A stretch of DNA of 62,960 nt, counting the filler, from Octopus bimaculoides (lineage: Eukaryota), in the NCBI RefSeq assembly GCF_001194135.2. It is 8 parts of 7 records of this genome, joined end to end, with 100 filler letters (N's around TTAATTAATTAA, not from the genome) between each part and the next. Parts side by side here need not be neighbours in the genome. Positions count along the whole stretch, not along the records: positions 8,222 to 19,694 come from NC_068989.1; positions 19,795 to 32,016 come from NC_069008.1; 6 more parts are not named here. One strand, written 5' to 3'. Below the pieces are notes generated by a model, which made no database searches, had not been told where the DNA came from, and saw nothing but the letters and a program-made list of their open reading frames with translations. Positions 11,521 through 23,633 of this stretch are shown piece by piece. Numbering within the stretch: position 1 is the stretch's first letter; each line of letters opens with the position of its first letter. The translations under genes were made by a program, and so were the position numbers.

Positions 11521-11846
11521 TCTGGCACTCCATTGATTACGATGACAGAGGTTCCAGTCAAGCCTAGTGATGGAACAGCTTGCTCGTGAAATTAACCTGC
11601 AAGTGGCTGAGCACTCCACAGACATGTGTACCCGATGTAGTTCTCAGAGAGATTCAGCGTGACACAGAATGTGACAAGGTTGGCCCTTTTGAATTACAGG
11701 TACAATTTATTTTTGCTAGCTGAGTGGACTGGAGCAACGTGAAATAAAGAGTCTTGCTCAAGGACACAATGCAACACTGGGAATTGAACCCATGGCCTTA
11801 CGATCATGAACCGAATACCTTAACCACTTTGCCATGTGCCTTCACA
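11521..11846 (-). mobile_element. tRNA-derived SINE family B (middle M2, tail T1)
   Basis: Minus-strand head gtgaaggcacatggcaaagtggttaag...ggttcaattccc; core gtgtccttgagcaagactctttatttcacgttgctccagtccactcagc; the tail matches 10410-10600. Confidence 0.8.
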
Positions 11847-12107
11847 TTATATCTAAAAATAAATGGATTTCAGTCAGAATATCATATCGTGAGTATTCAA
11901 TAGATCAACTGGAGTATCTAGCACGAATATGGTCGAGTATTCCACAGACATATGTAGCTGTAATATAATACACAAGCAGCCAATTTGTTTATATATTCAA
12001 CAATTACAGTAGCTATAGAGGACTACAGGGACTAATCTCTATACTGTTAGTGTTCACACTCTATTCAATATCAAGGGGCCTCTCAGTCCACACAGTATAT
12101 TAGACTT

Positions 12108-12415
12108 TGTGGAGGCACATGGCCTAGTGGTTACAGTAGCGGACTCATGTTCGAGGGATCATGGGTTCGAATTTCAGACCAGGCAATGTGTGTGTCTATG
12201 AGTGAAACATCTAAGCTCCCTGCGGCTCTGGCAGAAGGTAAAGGTGAACTTCTGCTGACTCTTTTGCCACAACTTTCTCTCACTCTTTCCTCCTGCATCT
12301 AGCAGCTCACCTGTGACGGACCAGCGTCTTGTCTAGGTGGGGAACCTATATGCCAAGGAAACCGACCCTTATGAGCCAGGTATGACTCGAGAAAGAACAA
12401 ACAACAGCAACAACA
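12108..12415 (+). mobile_element. tRNA-derived SINE family B (middle M1, tail T2)
   Basis: A-box tggcctagtggtta and B-box ggttcgaatttc. The middle matches the 10233 copy, but the tail differs and ends in (aac)n. Confidence 0.8.
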
Positions 12416-12824
12416 TCTAATACTTCACCTTTCTGTAACTTGAGACCATCTTCTCTCCTCCTTTTTCAGCTGGGGTAGCCATCTATCTCCTCTACATCAA
12501 AAAACTTGTTTCTGTCCCTCTATCATATCTGGCATAAAGCCACTTCCCTCAATACTACATTCCCGCTCATTGGGGTGAGGTGAGGTGAGGTGGGGGTCGG
12601 TGGAGATTCTTGTCTTGTGAGTTCCTCAGTGGCCTCACTGGTGCTAGGGTCACATAAAAAGCCCCTTGTACACTCTATGAAGTGGTTGACATTAGGGAGG
12701 ACATGCAACTGTCGCAACCATGCCAAAGCAGACATTGGACCTTGGTCCAGTCCTCTAGCTTAATGGCTCCTGTCCACCCTGCCAGCATGGACAGGGTGGA
12801 CAGTAAACGATGATGGTGATTATT

Positions 12825-13211
12825 CTTTTATTTGCTTGTCATTTGACTGTGGCCATGCTGGAGCACCGCCTTTAGTAGAGCAAATCGACCCCAGGACTTA
12901 TTCTTTGTAAGCCTAGTACTTATTCTATCGGTCTCTTTTTGCTGAACTGCTAAGTTACAGGGACGTAAACACCAGCATCGGTTGTCAAGCAATGTTGGGG
13001 GGGACAAACACAGACACACAAACATATACATACATATATATATATACGACAGGCTTCTTTCAGTTTCCGTCTACCAAATCCACTCACAAGGCTTTGGTCG
13101 GCTCGAGGCTATAGTAGAAGACACTTGCTCAAGGTGCCATGCAGTGGGACTGAACCCGGAACCATGTGGTTGGTAAGCAAGCTACTTACCACACAGCTAC
13201 TCCTGCGCCTA
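12825..13211 (-). mobile_element. Full-length tRNA-derived SINE family A with CORE-like segment and internal (TA/CA) microsatellite
   Basis: Minus-strand head taggcgcaggagtagctgtgtggtaag...ggttcagtccc (A/B boxes), followed by ggcaccttgagcaagtgtcttct, which resembles the CORE-SINE gaccttgggcaagt motif. Near-identical copies lie at 17713 and 20113. Confidence 0.9.
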
Positions 13212-13407
13212 TATACAAGATCTAGAAACCATTTACCCTCAAATTACACCCATCTTTAAAAAAAAAAAGATATAAAGACACACTTGATAATGTACTTCTA
13301 GATATATCTGAATAAAAATAAGATGGGATGGTCATAAATAAAACACTTTTGATCACAATTCTGCTGGATCAGGTTAACCTGGGGTTAAACAACAACAATA
13401 AAAAGAA

Positions 13408-13753
13408 TATTTTAGAAATGAAAGAAATCTCAAATGCAGGAAGAAGAGCTATGAAAACAGGGATGGGTAAAATAGCCCTTATAGATACAAAAGAGTGACC
13501 AGCAAGTTGTAACAGAGAATCTAACTCTGAACCTTAATTCTTGCTGGGCCTGCTCCCCTTTTTTTTCCATCTATAAGCATATATTACTTGCATCTGGACA
13601 ATTCCCCCTGACAACTACCCCCTTCTCCAATATATTAAGACGTTTTAAATCATCTGTCGTCGATGGGGGTAAATGTCCTAGACTCTGTTTTACCTGAAAC
13701 CCTGTTTTCACAGTTGTTCTCCAGCATTTGAGATTTCCTTCATTTTTAAAATA
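13408..13753. repeat. Degenerate ~70-bp inverted repeat (13408-13476 vs 13685-13753), MITE/foldback-like
   Basis: tattttagaaatgaaagaaatctcaaatgcaggaagaagagctatgaaaacaggg aligns to the reverse complement tattttaaaaatgaaggaaatctcaaatgctggagaacaactgtgaaaacaggg. Confidence 0.6.
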
Positions 13754-15207
13754 CCAACTCACTCAGTTTTTTCAGTGTTTGTTTATAAAAATGAAAAGAA
13801 TGTATTTTAGTACAGAACCGGACTCCTTATCCAGCTGTCAGAAATCCAGGATTAATGTGCAATAACGTGGAATATGCTGTACTCTGTATGGAGTTAACAG
13901 ACCATTTTGGAAGTTGGTTGATTTGTTAAACATAATTCCATTCTTTGCTTTTTAAAGTGCTTTGATAAAAATTAAACCTACTCAGCATTAGAACTGTGTT
14001 AATTTGTACCTGTATCTGTTAAATAGAATCATGTTCTTTACTTTTCATCCTATAAACATTATACTGTGTACATGGAATAATATAATGTATTTTAAGAATT
14101 TGAATCTGTTAAATACAATTTAGCTCTTTACTATTTATAATTTACTTTATATTTTAACCTTTAACATGCAGTAAGTGCATCATGTCAATCTAAGAATTTT
14201 CTCCCCTTTCAATGTGACACAATGCACCTGCAGATACAAGGGAGAAAACTCGTACGGTGACATGATGTGCGTAAGCATGCTAAAGGTTAAGTATACATTT
14301 AGACTGTCTCCAGAGAACCAGAAAATTCAGAAATCTAGGACACTTCCAGTCCCAAGGTCAATAGATAATCAGTCCAGTACTGTACAAGGTTACACATTTG
14401 TTGTAATTTCGGTGCTGCCGCTGATGAGATCAAATTTTTGTCTGGTCATTCTTTGACAATGGAAACAGAGATGATGAGAGAAGGGGTGTGGGGTTGTTTG
14501 AAATAAAATACCAGTAACATTCGGAGGAAATTCAGTCGACTGTACCACCATTGTTTCTCTAAGACAAATCTGTGATGTCATAAAACATTTTACACCAGTG
14601 CCTGGTTATTTTCTTCAAGCAAGAAAAAACAGCTGTAAACAAAGTGATGATGACGATGATGACGATGATGATGATATGATGATAATTAATTATAATGATG
14701 TTGATAATTATGATGCTAACTGCAAATATTGTATTCCCCTATAATATTCTCATTTATTCAAGAAAAATAAATAAATAAAAAAAAACAACAAACACCTGTT
14801 CTTCACCCCCTCCCTTTTTTTTCTTTTTTTTTTTTCTGGGTCACATTTTGACTTTTGACATTGGCACAATGTAACAAAATTTGTAAAGGAGGTTTTTTTG
14901 GTCTGGTCGGTTGGCCACTTGTTTGAATTGAACCCACATTGCTGGGCTTGGCTCGTGTCTTTTATTTATTTCATCAAACACCGGAGAGATGAAAGGGGAA
15001 AAGTTGATTTCTGATGGGGTTTGAAGTGAATGGGGAGAGAGAGAGAGAGAGAGAGGAAGTGTGAGAGAGAGAGAGAGAGCGTGTGTGTGTGTGTATGCGT
15101 GAGAGCTAATATGTAAGAACTATGTGGCATTTAGGTCGTCTGGTACACTTTTGAAGCTTTCATGTTGAGTAGGTATACAAGTCAAAGGATGGTGATAATT
15201 ATAATTA

Positions 15208-15239
<32 letters not shown>

Positions 15240-15770
15240 TTTGTAGAACATAAATGCTTTTCCACCAAAGTATTAGTTACAACATCATAGCTGGGAATTG
15301 AAACCAGATCACTGGGACTGCAGTGGTCTGCTGAACAACAAACAGCATTCACAGCAAACTGGCTAATGTTGCTGCTGCTGCTGATGATGATGTAGCTAGT
15401 GGTGGTAATGATGATGATGACGATGATGATGATAACAGACAAGATAGATGTGATGCTGACAGCTTCATCAAAGATCATTTGCACAACTGGAGAGGATCAA
15501 TGTTTTGCGAAGGTGGACAATCCTCTTTTCTGTTTGGCTGTGACAGTAATGGTTATGGGAAGACAATCACAGCAGACATTGTGGTAGAGCACGTTTTGGT
15601 AGACATAGCCAACCCTACTGGCTGTAATCTTCCAGATGTGCAGTCGCAAAGATCTTACCAAGGGCCAGTGGTAATAAGGTGTAAACTGGTGAAAGGGGTT
15701 TTGGACTGATCGATAGAGCCAAACGAACTGGATTAGCAGGCTGGATAAAAAGAATGGGGAACATAAAAAA

Positions 15771-15809
<39 letters not shown>

Positions 15810-16575
15810 AGAGGAGAAAGGGGAAAAGAAGAGAGAAGAGGAAGAAGAGAGAAAGGTATACAAAGTATATAAAGTTATCTTGTTCAATTGAAAAGTATAT
15901 ACAGAGCCTATCAGTCTTTGTCTCAATATGAGAGAAGATGATTCCAGCCTGCTCCATCGTAATATCTGATCGATTAAAGATAACAAGGTGATGTGGTGGC
16001 ACACATCCTTCATGTCACGGAATCTGAGAAATATATTTTATACATCCTGTTAAACGTTTTTGTTAAAATCTATATTTGTTGGTAGCAATGGTTTGGAGAC
16101 GGAGAGTTTAGAGTGGTCGGGGGGGGGGGAGTACACAGTTTTGATGTTATGGAGGAATATCGAGGCAAGAGTGATACAGATTTATGTTGTAGTAGAGTAC
16201 AGAGGCAAGAGTACCACAGTTTTATGAAGTAGTAGAGTCCTGAGGCATTTTGACAAAGTGGACTTATCGAGGCAGGAGTAATACAATTTGGTTAGGAGCA
16301 GCTCAGTTTTATGATGTAGTGGAGTGTTGAGGCAGGATAAAAACAGTTTAATGTTCACACACAGCCATATAATGTGGGTACGCATGCACTCAAAAGGAAA
16401 TTACTTGAATGAAAAGAGTGCTCAATATGAGAGTAGAGTAATACATACATATATACACACACATACGTACATATGACGTGTGTCTATATAAAGGTATTAA
16501 AGTAGCAAATCATACATTGATTATACCAATATAATACATATATGTGTGTATACATGCATATGTATATATACATAT

Positions 16576-16622
<47 letters not shown>

Positions 16623-16639
16623 TATATATATACACAGAT

Positions 16640-16880
16640 TTCAGGTGATCAAGCAGGCTATCAGATGCTGTTATACACCGCTGGTCACAGTGTGCTTTGC
16701 ATTATTTTTGCTTTCAAATGATGCCAGTCCATCGCAGGGTCACCCATTCAATGTTGAGTGAACTGAAGCAATGAAGTGTTTTGTTCAAGAACACAATGCA
16801 TTGCTCAATCCAGGAATCGAACTTACGATCGCTAGATTGTGAGTGCAACGCACCTAACCACTAGGCCACATGCCTTCACA
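16640..16880 (-). mobile_element. tRNA-derived SINE family B variant (middle M2 with ctgcgatggactgg Meta/V-like motif)
   Basis: Head gtgaaggcatgtggcctagtggttagg, M2-like core, then accctgcgatggactggcatc on the minus strand. Confidence 0.65.
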
Positions 16881-17299
16881 TACATACACACACACACACA
16901 TAATATTGGTATAAAACTTGAGAAACAGCAGACAATCTATAACGAGCCAGTGACCTTCCACGAAAGCAGTGAAACTCGTTAACTTGTTAACAAAGCCAAT
17001 CAAGCAACAGATAATATCAGATCAATGACCGTTTAATGAGCCTCAAAGTCTTCATGGAAGGTCAAAGGTCTTATACTGTCCAAACAGCACGCTGCATTTT
17101 CTTTATTCTATCAAGAACACATAGAGAGAGAGAGAGAGAGAGAGAGAGGAAACGAGGCAGATATGGAAAACTTTGACAAAGCAATACATTTTTTGAAAGA
17201 CTCTGATTTCCAAAATAGCCAAATCATCCTACGTGGAGAAGAGAAATTTGTCTGAAACAGTGAGACTGGGAGGAATCAGAAGACATGACAATATCATTC

Positions 17300-17560
17300 T
17301 CATCATCATCATCACTATTTTAACATCTACTTTTCTAGGCTGGCATGTGTTGGACAGAGTTTGATCAGGCAGACTGCTACAGCGGGATGCCCTTCCTGTC
17401 ATTAACCCTCACCTGTGTCCAAGTATGGTGAGTGGATATTTCTTCGTGGCCAGACATGTCTTTCGTGAAAGATTGGAAACGAACAGCATCACTTCGAGGA
17501 AGGTGATATGTATTTACAACCATCACATGATGTCAGGATAAGGACAACACACACAAAAAC
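17300..17560 (-). mobile_element. Older SINE family D copy
   Basis: catcatcatcactattttaacatctac...ctacagcgggatgcccttcctgtcattaacc matches the family D core and tail. Confidence 0.6.
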
Positions 17561-17712
17561 AGGCTTCCTTCGGTTTCTGTTTACCAGATCCATTCATAAG
17601 GTGCCACACAGTAGAACTGAACACAGAACCATGTGTTTGGGAAGCAAGCATCTTACCACACAGCTATGTCTGCACCTCTCTCTCTCTCTTTATATATATA
17701 TATATATATATA

Positions 17713-18096
17713 TTCTTTCATTGGTTTCAGTCATTTGACAGCAACCATGCTGGAGCACACCCTTTAGCCGAACAAATCAACCCTAGGATTCATTCTTTGT
17801 AAGCTCGGGACTTATTCTATCGGTCTCTTTTGCCAAACTGCTAATTTACAGGGGATGTAAACACACCAACACCGGCTGTCAAGTGATGGTGGGGTGGGGG
17901 TGGGGGTGAACAAACAAACACATATATATGTATATACACAACGAACTTCTTTCAGTTTCTGTCTACCAAATCCACTCACAAGGCTTTGGTTGGCTATAGT
18001 AGGACACACTTGCCCAAGATACCCCGCAGTGGAACTGAACCTGAGACCATGTGATTGGTAAGCAAGGTACTTACCACGCAGCCACTCCTGCGCCTA
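17713..18096 (-). mobile_element. Full-length SINE family A
   Basis: Colinear with 12825-13211. Confidence 0.85.
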
Positions 18097-18855
18097 TATT
18101 TATCTTTTATTTGTTTCAGCACCAACTCAAATTTTAGTTGAGCAAATTGACCCCAGGTCTTACTTATTTTTTTAAAGCTTGGTATTTATTCTATTGGTCT
18201 CTTCTGGTGAACCGCTAAGTCATGGGGATGTAAACTCACAAACATATATATGATGTAGCAGTGTGCTTTGCAATCACATGGTGTTTGGTTCAATCTCATT
18301 GCATGCCATCTTGAGCAAGTGTCTTGTGCTATAGCCCTGGGCTGACCAAAGCCTTGCAATTTGGTTTGGGAACAGGGAAACTGAAGGAAGCCCATTTTGT
18401 GTGTTTGTGGTCATGGAAAATATTACCTTGTTCGGGAACAGTTGAGGGTTGGCAACAACCCATGAAAGCATCGTAAGCTAAATGCTAGCTGATAATTGTG
18501 ATGATGATAAATATACATACATATATATATGTATGTGTGTGTATATATATATCCCGTATATATCCGTCTCTCTTCTTTTTCTTCCCTCATATTCTCTAGA
18601 GGTATTGCTTTTATTGTAATTGTGGGGTCCCCCCCCTGATTTCCCTTTGTAAATTCCTCACATACGCACACATAGAATAAGACACCAACAACAACAACAA
18701 ACCAAATACTTAGAAACAGAGAAAGAAGGACAGAGAGAAAGAGAGAGAATAGACTGAAATAAAAAAAAAATACACAAAACACAAAATTCCATGAGGATGG
18801 TGATGACGATGACGATGATGATGCTGATGACAAAGATAACAAAACCTGATAACAA

Positions 18856-19099
18856 TGGTTTCAATTTTGGCACAAGGCCAGTAATTGCAGGGGGTGGGGG
18901 TTGGAGTGGAGGGTTTAGTCGATGACATCAATCCCCAGTGCTTGACTGGCAACTTGTCTTATCACCCCCACCCCCACCCCCAAAAGGATGAAAGGAGAAA
19001 GTCGACCTCGGTGGAATCTGAACTCACAACGCAAGCACGGATGAAATGCCGCCGAGCATTTCGTCCAGCGTGCTACCAATTCTGCCAGCCTGACTTATT

Positions 19100-19138
<39 letters not shown>

Positions 19139-19385
19139 GGTATCAAATTTTGGCACAAGGCCAGCAATTTCAGGGGAGGGATTCGAGTCGATTACATCGA
19201 CCGTCCCCACCAACCCCACCACCCCAGTGCTCAATCGGTACTTATTTTTATCGACGACCCCCGGAAAAGTGAAAGACAAAGTCATCAACCCTTGGCAGGA
19301 TTTGAACTCAGAACGCAAAGACAGAGACAAAACGCGGCCAAGCATTTCGCCCGGCATGCTAACGACCCTGCAAGCTCACTGCCTT
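18856..19385 (-). mobile_element. Two tandem SINE family C copies (18856-19095, 19139-19385) separated and followed by (AAT)n
   Basis: Both carry ggtttcaattttggcacaaggccag tails and gaatctgaactcac/gatttgaactcag B-box regions. The core gaggtcgactttgcctttcatcctttcggggtcgataaa resembles Deu/Nin-type SINE cores. Confidence 0.85.
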
Positions 19386-20112
19386 ACTTGTAATAATAAT
19401 AATAATAATAATAATAATTACAACAGTGATGAGCAGGTATGAGTTAAGAGTTGGAGGAAGAAGAAAAAGGAGAAATACACAAGAATTCATTTTTATTATT
19501 ATTATTATTATTTTTTTTAGCTTGTTTCTATGTCAGTTTTTTCTTTTTGTTTATTTTTTTTTTCAATGTGTTTATTTGTTTATATTATTCTTTTCTTTCT
19601 TTCTTTCTTACTTATTTTCTTTCTTACTTTCTTTCTTTCTTTCTTCCTGTCTTTTTCTCAGAGTCACTATCGGGTAGGGGGAGGGGGGGCAGGGNNNNNN
19701 NNNNNNNNNNNNNNNNNNNNNNNNNNNNNNNNNNNNNNTTAATTAATTAANNNNNNNNNNNNNNNNNNNNNNNNNNNNNNNNNNNNNNNNNNNNTGGTTG
19801 CGTATTGTCGATCGTGGAAGCAGTAGCATTTGGTTTGGTGATGACGATGGTGATAGTGATGACAATGTGTGAGAGGAGGACAAAGAACTTAGTGGATGCA
19901 GTATATCAGGCTGGTATCGATTAGATGGGGGTGATTGTGTTTGTGATTAATGGAATAGCGTAGAATGAAAATGAGGAGAGAGATTAGAGAGAACGATTGA
20001 TAGAAAAGGAAACTTAATATATACAAGACAAGGGTATGAACGAGTGTATATAGGAGAGTAGAGAAAAAAAAAGAGAAGGAAACGGAAGGTGATTGAAAGA
20101 GGGTGGCCATGG

Positions 20113-20361
20113 TACTCTCTTTTACTCTTTTACTCTTTTACTTGATTCAGTCATTTGACTGTGGCCATGCTGGAGCACCGCCTTTATAGTCGAGCAAATC
20201 GACCCCCAGGACTTATTCTTTGTCAGCCTAGTTACTTATTCTATCGGTCTCTCTTTTGCCGAACCGCTAAGTTACGGGGAGGTAAACACACCACCATCGG
20301 TTGTCAAGCGATGTTGGGGAGACAAACACAGACACACAAATATATACACACGCATACATAC

Positions 20362-20392
<31 letters not shown>

Positions 20393-20543
20393 CGATGGGC
20401 TTCTTTCAGTTTCCGTCTACCAAATCCACTCACAAGGCTTTGGTCGGCCCGAGGCTATAGTAGAAGACACTTGCTCAAGGTCCCACGCAGTGGGACTGAA
20501 CCCAGAACCATGTGGTTGGTAAGCTAGCTACTTACCACACAGC
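20113..20543 (-). mobile_element. Full-length SINE family A with (tactctt)n tail
   Basis: Colinear with 12825-13211. Confidence 0.9.
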
Positions 20544-20571
20544 GACAACAACCCATTAAGACATGCAGCAA

Positions 20572-20767
20572 AAATTTCTTGTGTGGCTTAGCGGTTTTGT
20601 AGTTGGGTTGAATTTGACAACTTTTTTTTCATTGCTGTTAACCAGCCTTCTAGAATCTTCGACGAAACTGTTTGGCAGGAAAATTCGTTAAATGTCTTTG
20701 AAGTTTTGCCGCTTCTGCATTAACAAGACAGCTTGGTCGAGCCTATTACATTCACCAACAACATTAC

Positions 20768-20802
<35 letters not shown>

Positions 20803-21330
20803 CCGCTATCGCCACTGCCACCACTACCACGTTCAACAAATTTCTTGCGTGGTTTAGCGGTTTTCAACTTAGGTTGACATTGACAGCTGTTTTATAGCTG
20901 TTAGCCAGCCTTCTAGAATCTTTGACCAAGCAGTTTAATGAGAAAATTCGCTTATTTTTTCTTTGAATTCTTGTCGTCTCTGTCTTGATAAGTCAGTTAG
21001 TGTTGACTGGTTGAACCAATCACATTTACCACCACCACTATCATCATCATCATCATCATCACCACCGCCACCACCAGTACCACCAATGTTTAGTGCTTTT
21101 GTCGACTACCACATAAACATTTCACTTCTAAATGAAAAGGTGGCGAGAATAACTCATTGAGACGTGCAACCGACTTCCTGCATGGCCTAGCGGTTTAGTT
21201 GCTAGGTTAAATTCGACAGCCTTTTTATAACTGTTAACCGACCTTCGAGAATCTTCGGCTAAACTGTTTTAAAAAATTCACTAACTTTCTTTGAAGTTTT
21301 GCCGTCTCCGTCGTAGCAAGACTTTGGCTT
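20572..21330. repeat. Three diverged tandem copies of a ~160-190-bp unit separated by CAT/CAC tracts
   Basis: Units start at ~20572, ~20838 and ~21173, each with tagcggttt...ccttctagaatcttcg...ctgtt...aaaattcg...tctttgaagttttgccg. Confidence 0.85.
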
Positions 21331-22521
21331 TAATACCTTTTATGGCGATACTTTCCATTCTATGGAAATATATTAGCTCGTTGTTGAAGACTGGAAAAAT
21401 CTGAGAGATGTGATACAGATTTCACTCGGGTTACAGCTACAAGATAGGGTAAGTGAGAAGACAGACGTAAAATAAAAAGAAAAGGTGAAGGTAAATGATT
21501 AAAAAGAGGCGACCGAGGACAGACATCAGAACATAAAAGACAAAAAACAAGCAAAAGGCAGTTAACAGAAGACAAAAAGATCACAAATGATTGCAAAACA
21601 AGACAGACGATACATGACAAAAGGAGACAGAATACAACATACGACAGAAGGTATCGAAAAAATGGCAGACGACAAGAAAAGGCAGAAGAAATAGAGACAA
21701 GAAAAAAAATGAAAGACTAAGAAGACATTAACAACAACGAGACAGAAGAGACACTAAATTAAAGAAAAAATGTGAGCAAATAAAACAAAATGGTGGAAAT
21801 AATACAGAATATAAAAACGTACAAAGAACACAGAATACAGGAGTCAGAAGTAGACAGATCAGGAGCACAGATTGGCAAAGGGGGGGGGGGGCGTTGAAAT
21901 GACAGAAGAGCGACATGTAAGGCTCAGAATAAATTATTATTAGTAGTGTGTTTATTTATTCATTTATTTTTATTTTACTATAGCAAAAAGGAAAAAAAAA
22001 AGCGAGTAGTACGTCAGGTGGTTTGCTGGTTAGGGTAAGGGTGCTTGTGGGTAAACAGTAATAATTAACCCTTCNNNNNNNNNNNNNNNNNNNNNNNNNN
22101 NNNNNNNNNNNNNNNNNNNNNNNNNNNNNNNNNNNNNNNNNNNNNNNNNNNNNNNNNNNNNNNNNNNNNNNNNNNNNNNNNNNNNNNNNNNNNNNNNNNN
22201 NNNNNNNNNNNNNNNNNNNNNNNNNNNNNNNNNNNNNNNNNNNNNNNNNNNNNNNNNNNNNNNNNNNNNNNNNNNNNNNNNNNNNNNNNNNNNNNNGTGA
22301 TATATGAGGTGGTAATGGTAATGGTAGTAGTGGTGGCGATGGTGGTGGTAGTGATGGTGGTGGTGGTGGAGATGGTGGTGGTGGTGGTGGAGGTGGGTAT
22401 ATATGAAAGTTGTAGCGGTTTATGGGCATGTTTGCCTATATATATATATAATCGTACGTATTTGGCATGAATCTATGTATGTATATGTATTATACGTGTA
22501 TATATATATATATATATAAAT

Positions 22522-23213
22522 ATGTATACACACACACACACACACACACATACACGTGTATGTGTGTGTATCGATTTATATGTATGTATATATTATAAAC
22601 ATACGTATGTACGGTCATGCGTAAATAACGCGCCAGGGCGAACGCTTATATGCACACACGTGTGTTTATTTATGTATACGTGTGTGTGTGTCTGTGTGTC
22701 TGTGGATACAAGCGTATGTGTATCTACATACATATATGTATGTATATATGTATGCATGTATGTATATACCTATGTATGCATGTATGTATATATGTATGTA
22801 TATCTGTATGTATACATATATGTATGTATGTATGTATCTGTAATACAACTATCTACCCCCTTCGCTCGAGTTGATGCTCGAATACGCATAAGACACACAC
22901 ACGCACACACACACGCACCCACACGCACACACACACACGCACACACACACGCACACACACGCACACACACACGCACACACACACGTGCACGCGTGCACAT
23001 AGAACAAACGTATATCAAACATACATGCACACATACATACACATCTGTGAATGTGCGTTCGTATGTGTATGTGTGAGTCTGTGATGTGTTCGCGTGTATG
23101 TGTGTGTGTCTGTGATGTGTGTGCGTGTATGCGTGTGTGTTTTCCTGTGATGTGTGTGCGTGTGTGTGTGTGTGTTTCTGTAATGTGTGTGCGTGTATGT
23201 GTGTGTGTCTGTG

Positions 23214-23247
<34 letters not shown>

Positions 23248-23321
23248 TTGCATGACTTGTGCAAGGAAGGAAAAGTATATCTCTATGCGCAAACACACAC
23301 ACGCACACACACACACGCGCG

Positions 23322-23365
<44 letters not shown>
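22522..23365. repeat. Compound (CA)n/(TG)n/(TATG)n microsatellite block
   Basis: Visible dinucleotide and tetranucleotide tracts; the source of many spurious ORFs. Confidence 0.9.
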
Positions 23366-23368
<3 letters not shown>

Positions 23369-23601
23369 GAGCGAAGAATGGAGAAAATCCCGGATTTAAC
23401 CCGTCCTTCAATCTGTATTTGATGGATACCCGTTTCTAAGCTAATCCATCCACCCTTAATTAAACGAGCGTATTCAGTGAAGCATCGGACCATCCACCCT
23501 TATGTAGTTCACTCTCATTCATCATTAGATAACGCGGGTGGACCGACCTCATTACTAGAGGCAGCACCACCACTGACACCGCCACCACCATCACCATCAC
23601 C

Positions 23602-23633
<32 letters not shown>

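Noticed and set aside
15479-15709. GYGKT in the plus-strand ORF as a Walker A motif
   Set aside because: The spacing does not fit GxxxxGKT (D sits at the first G position), there is no Walker B, and splice signals favour the opposite strand.
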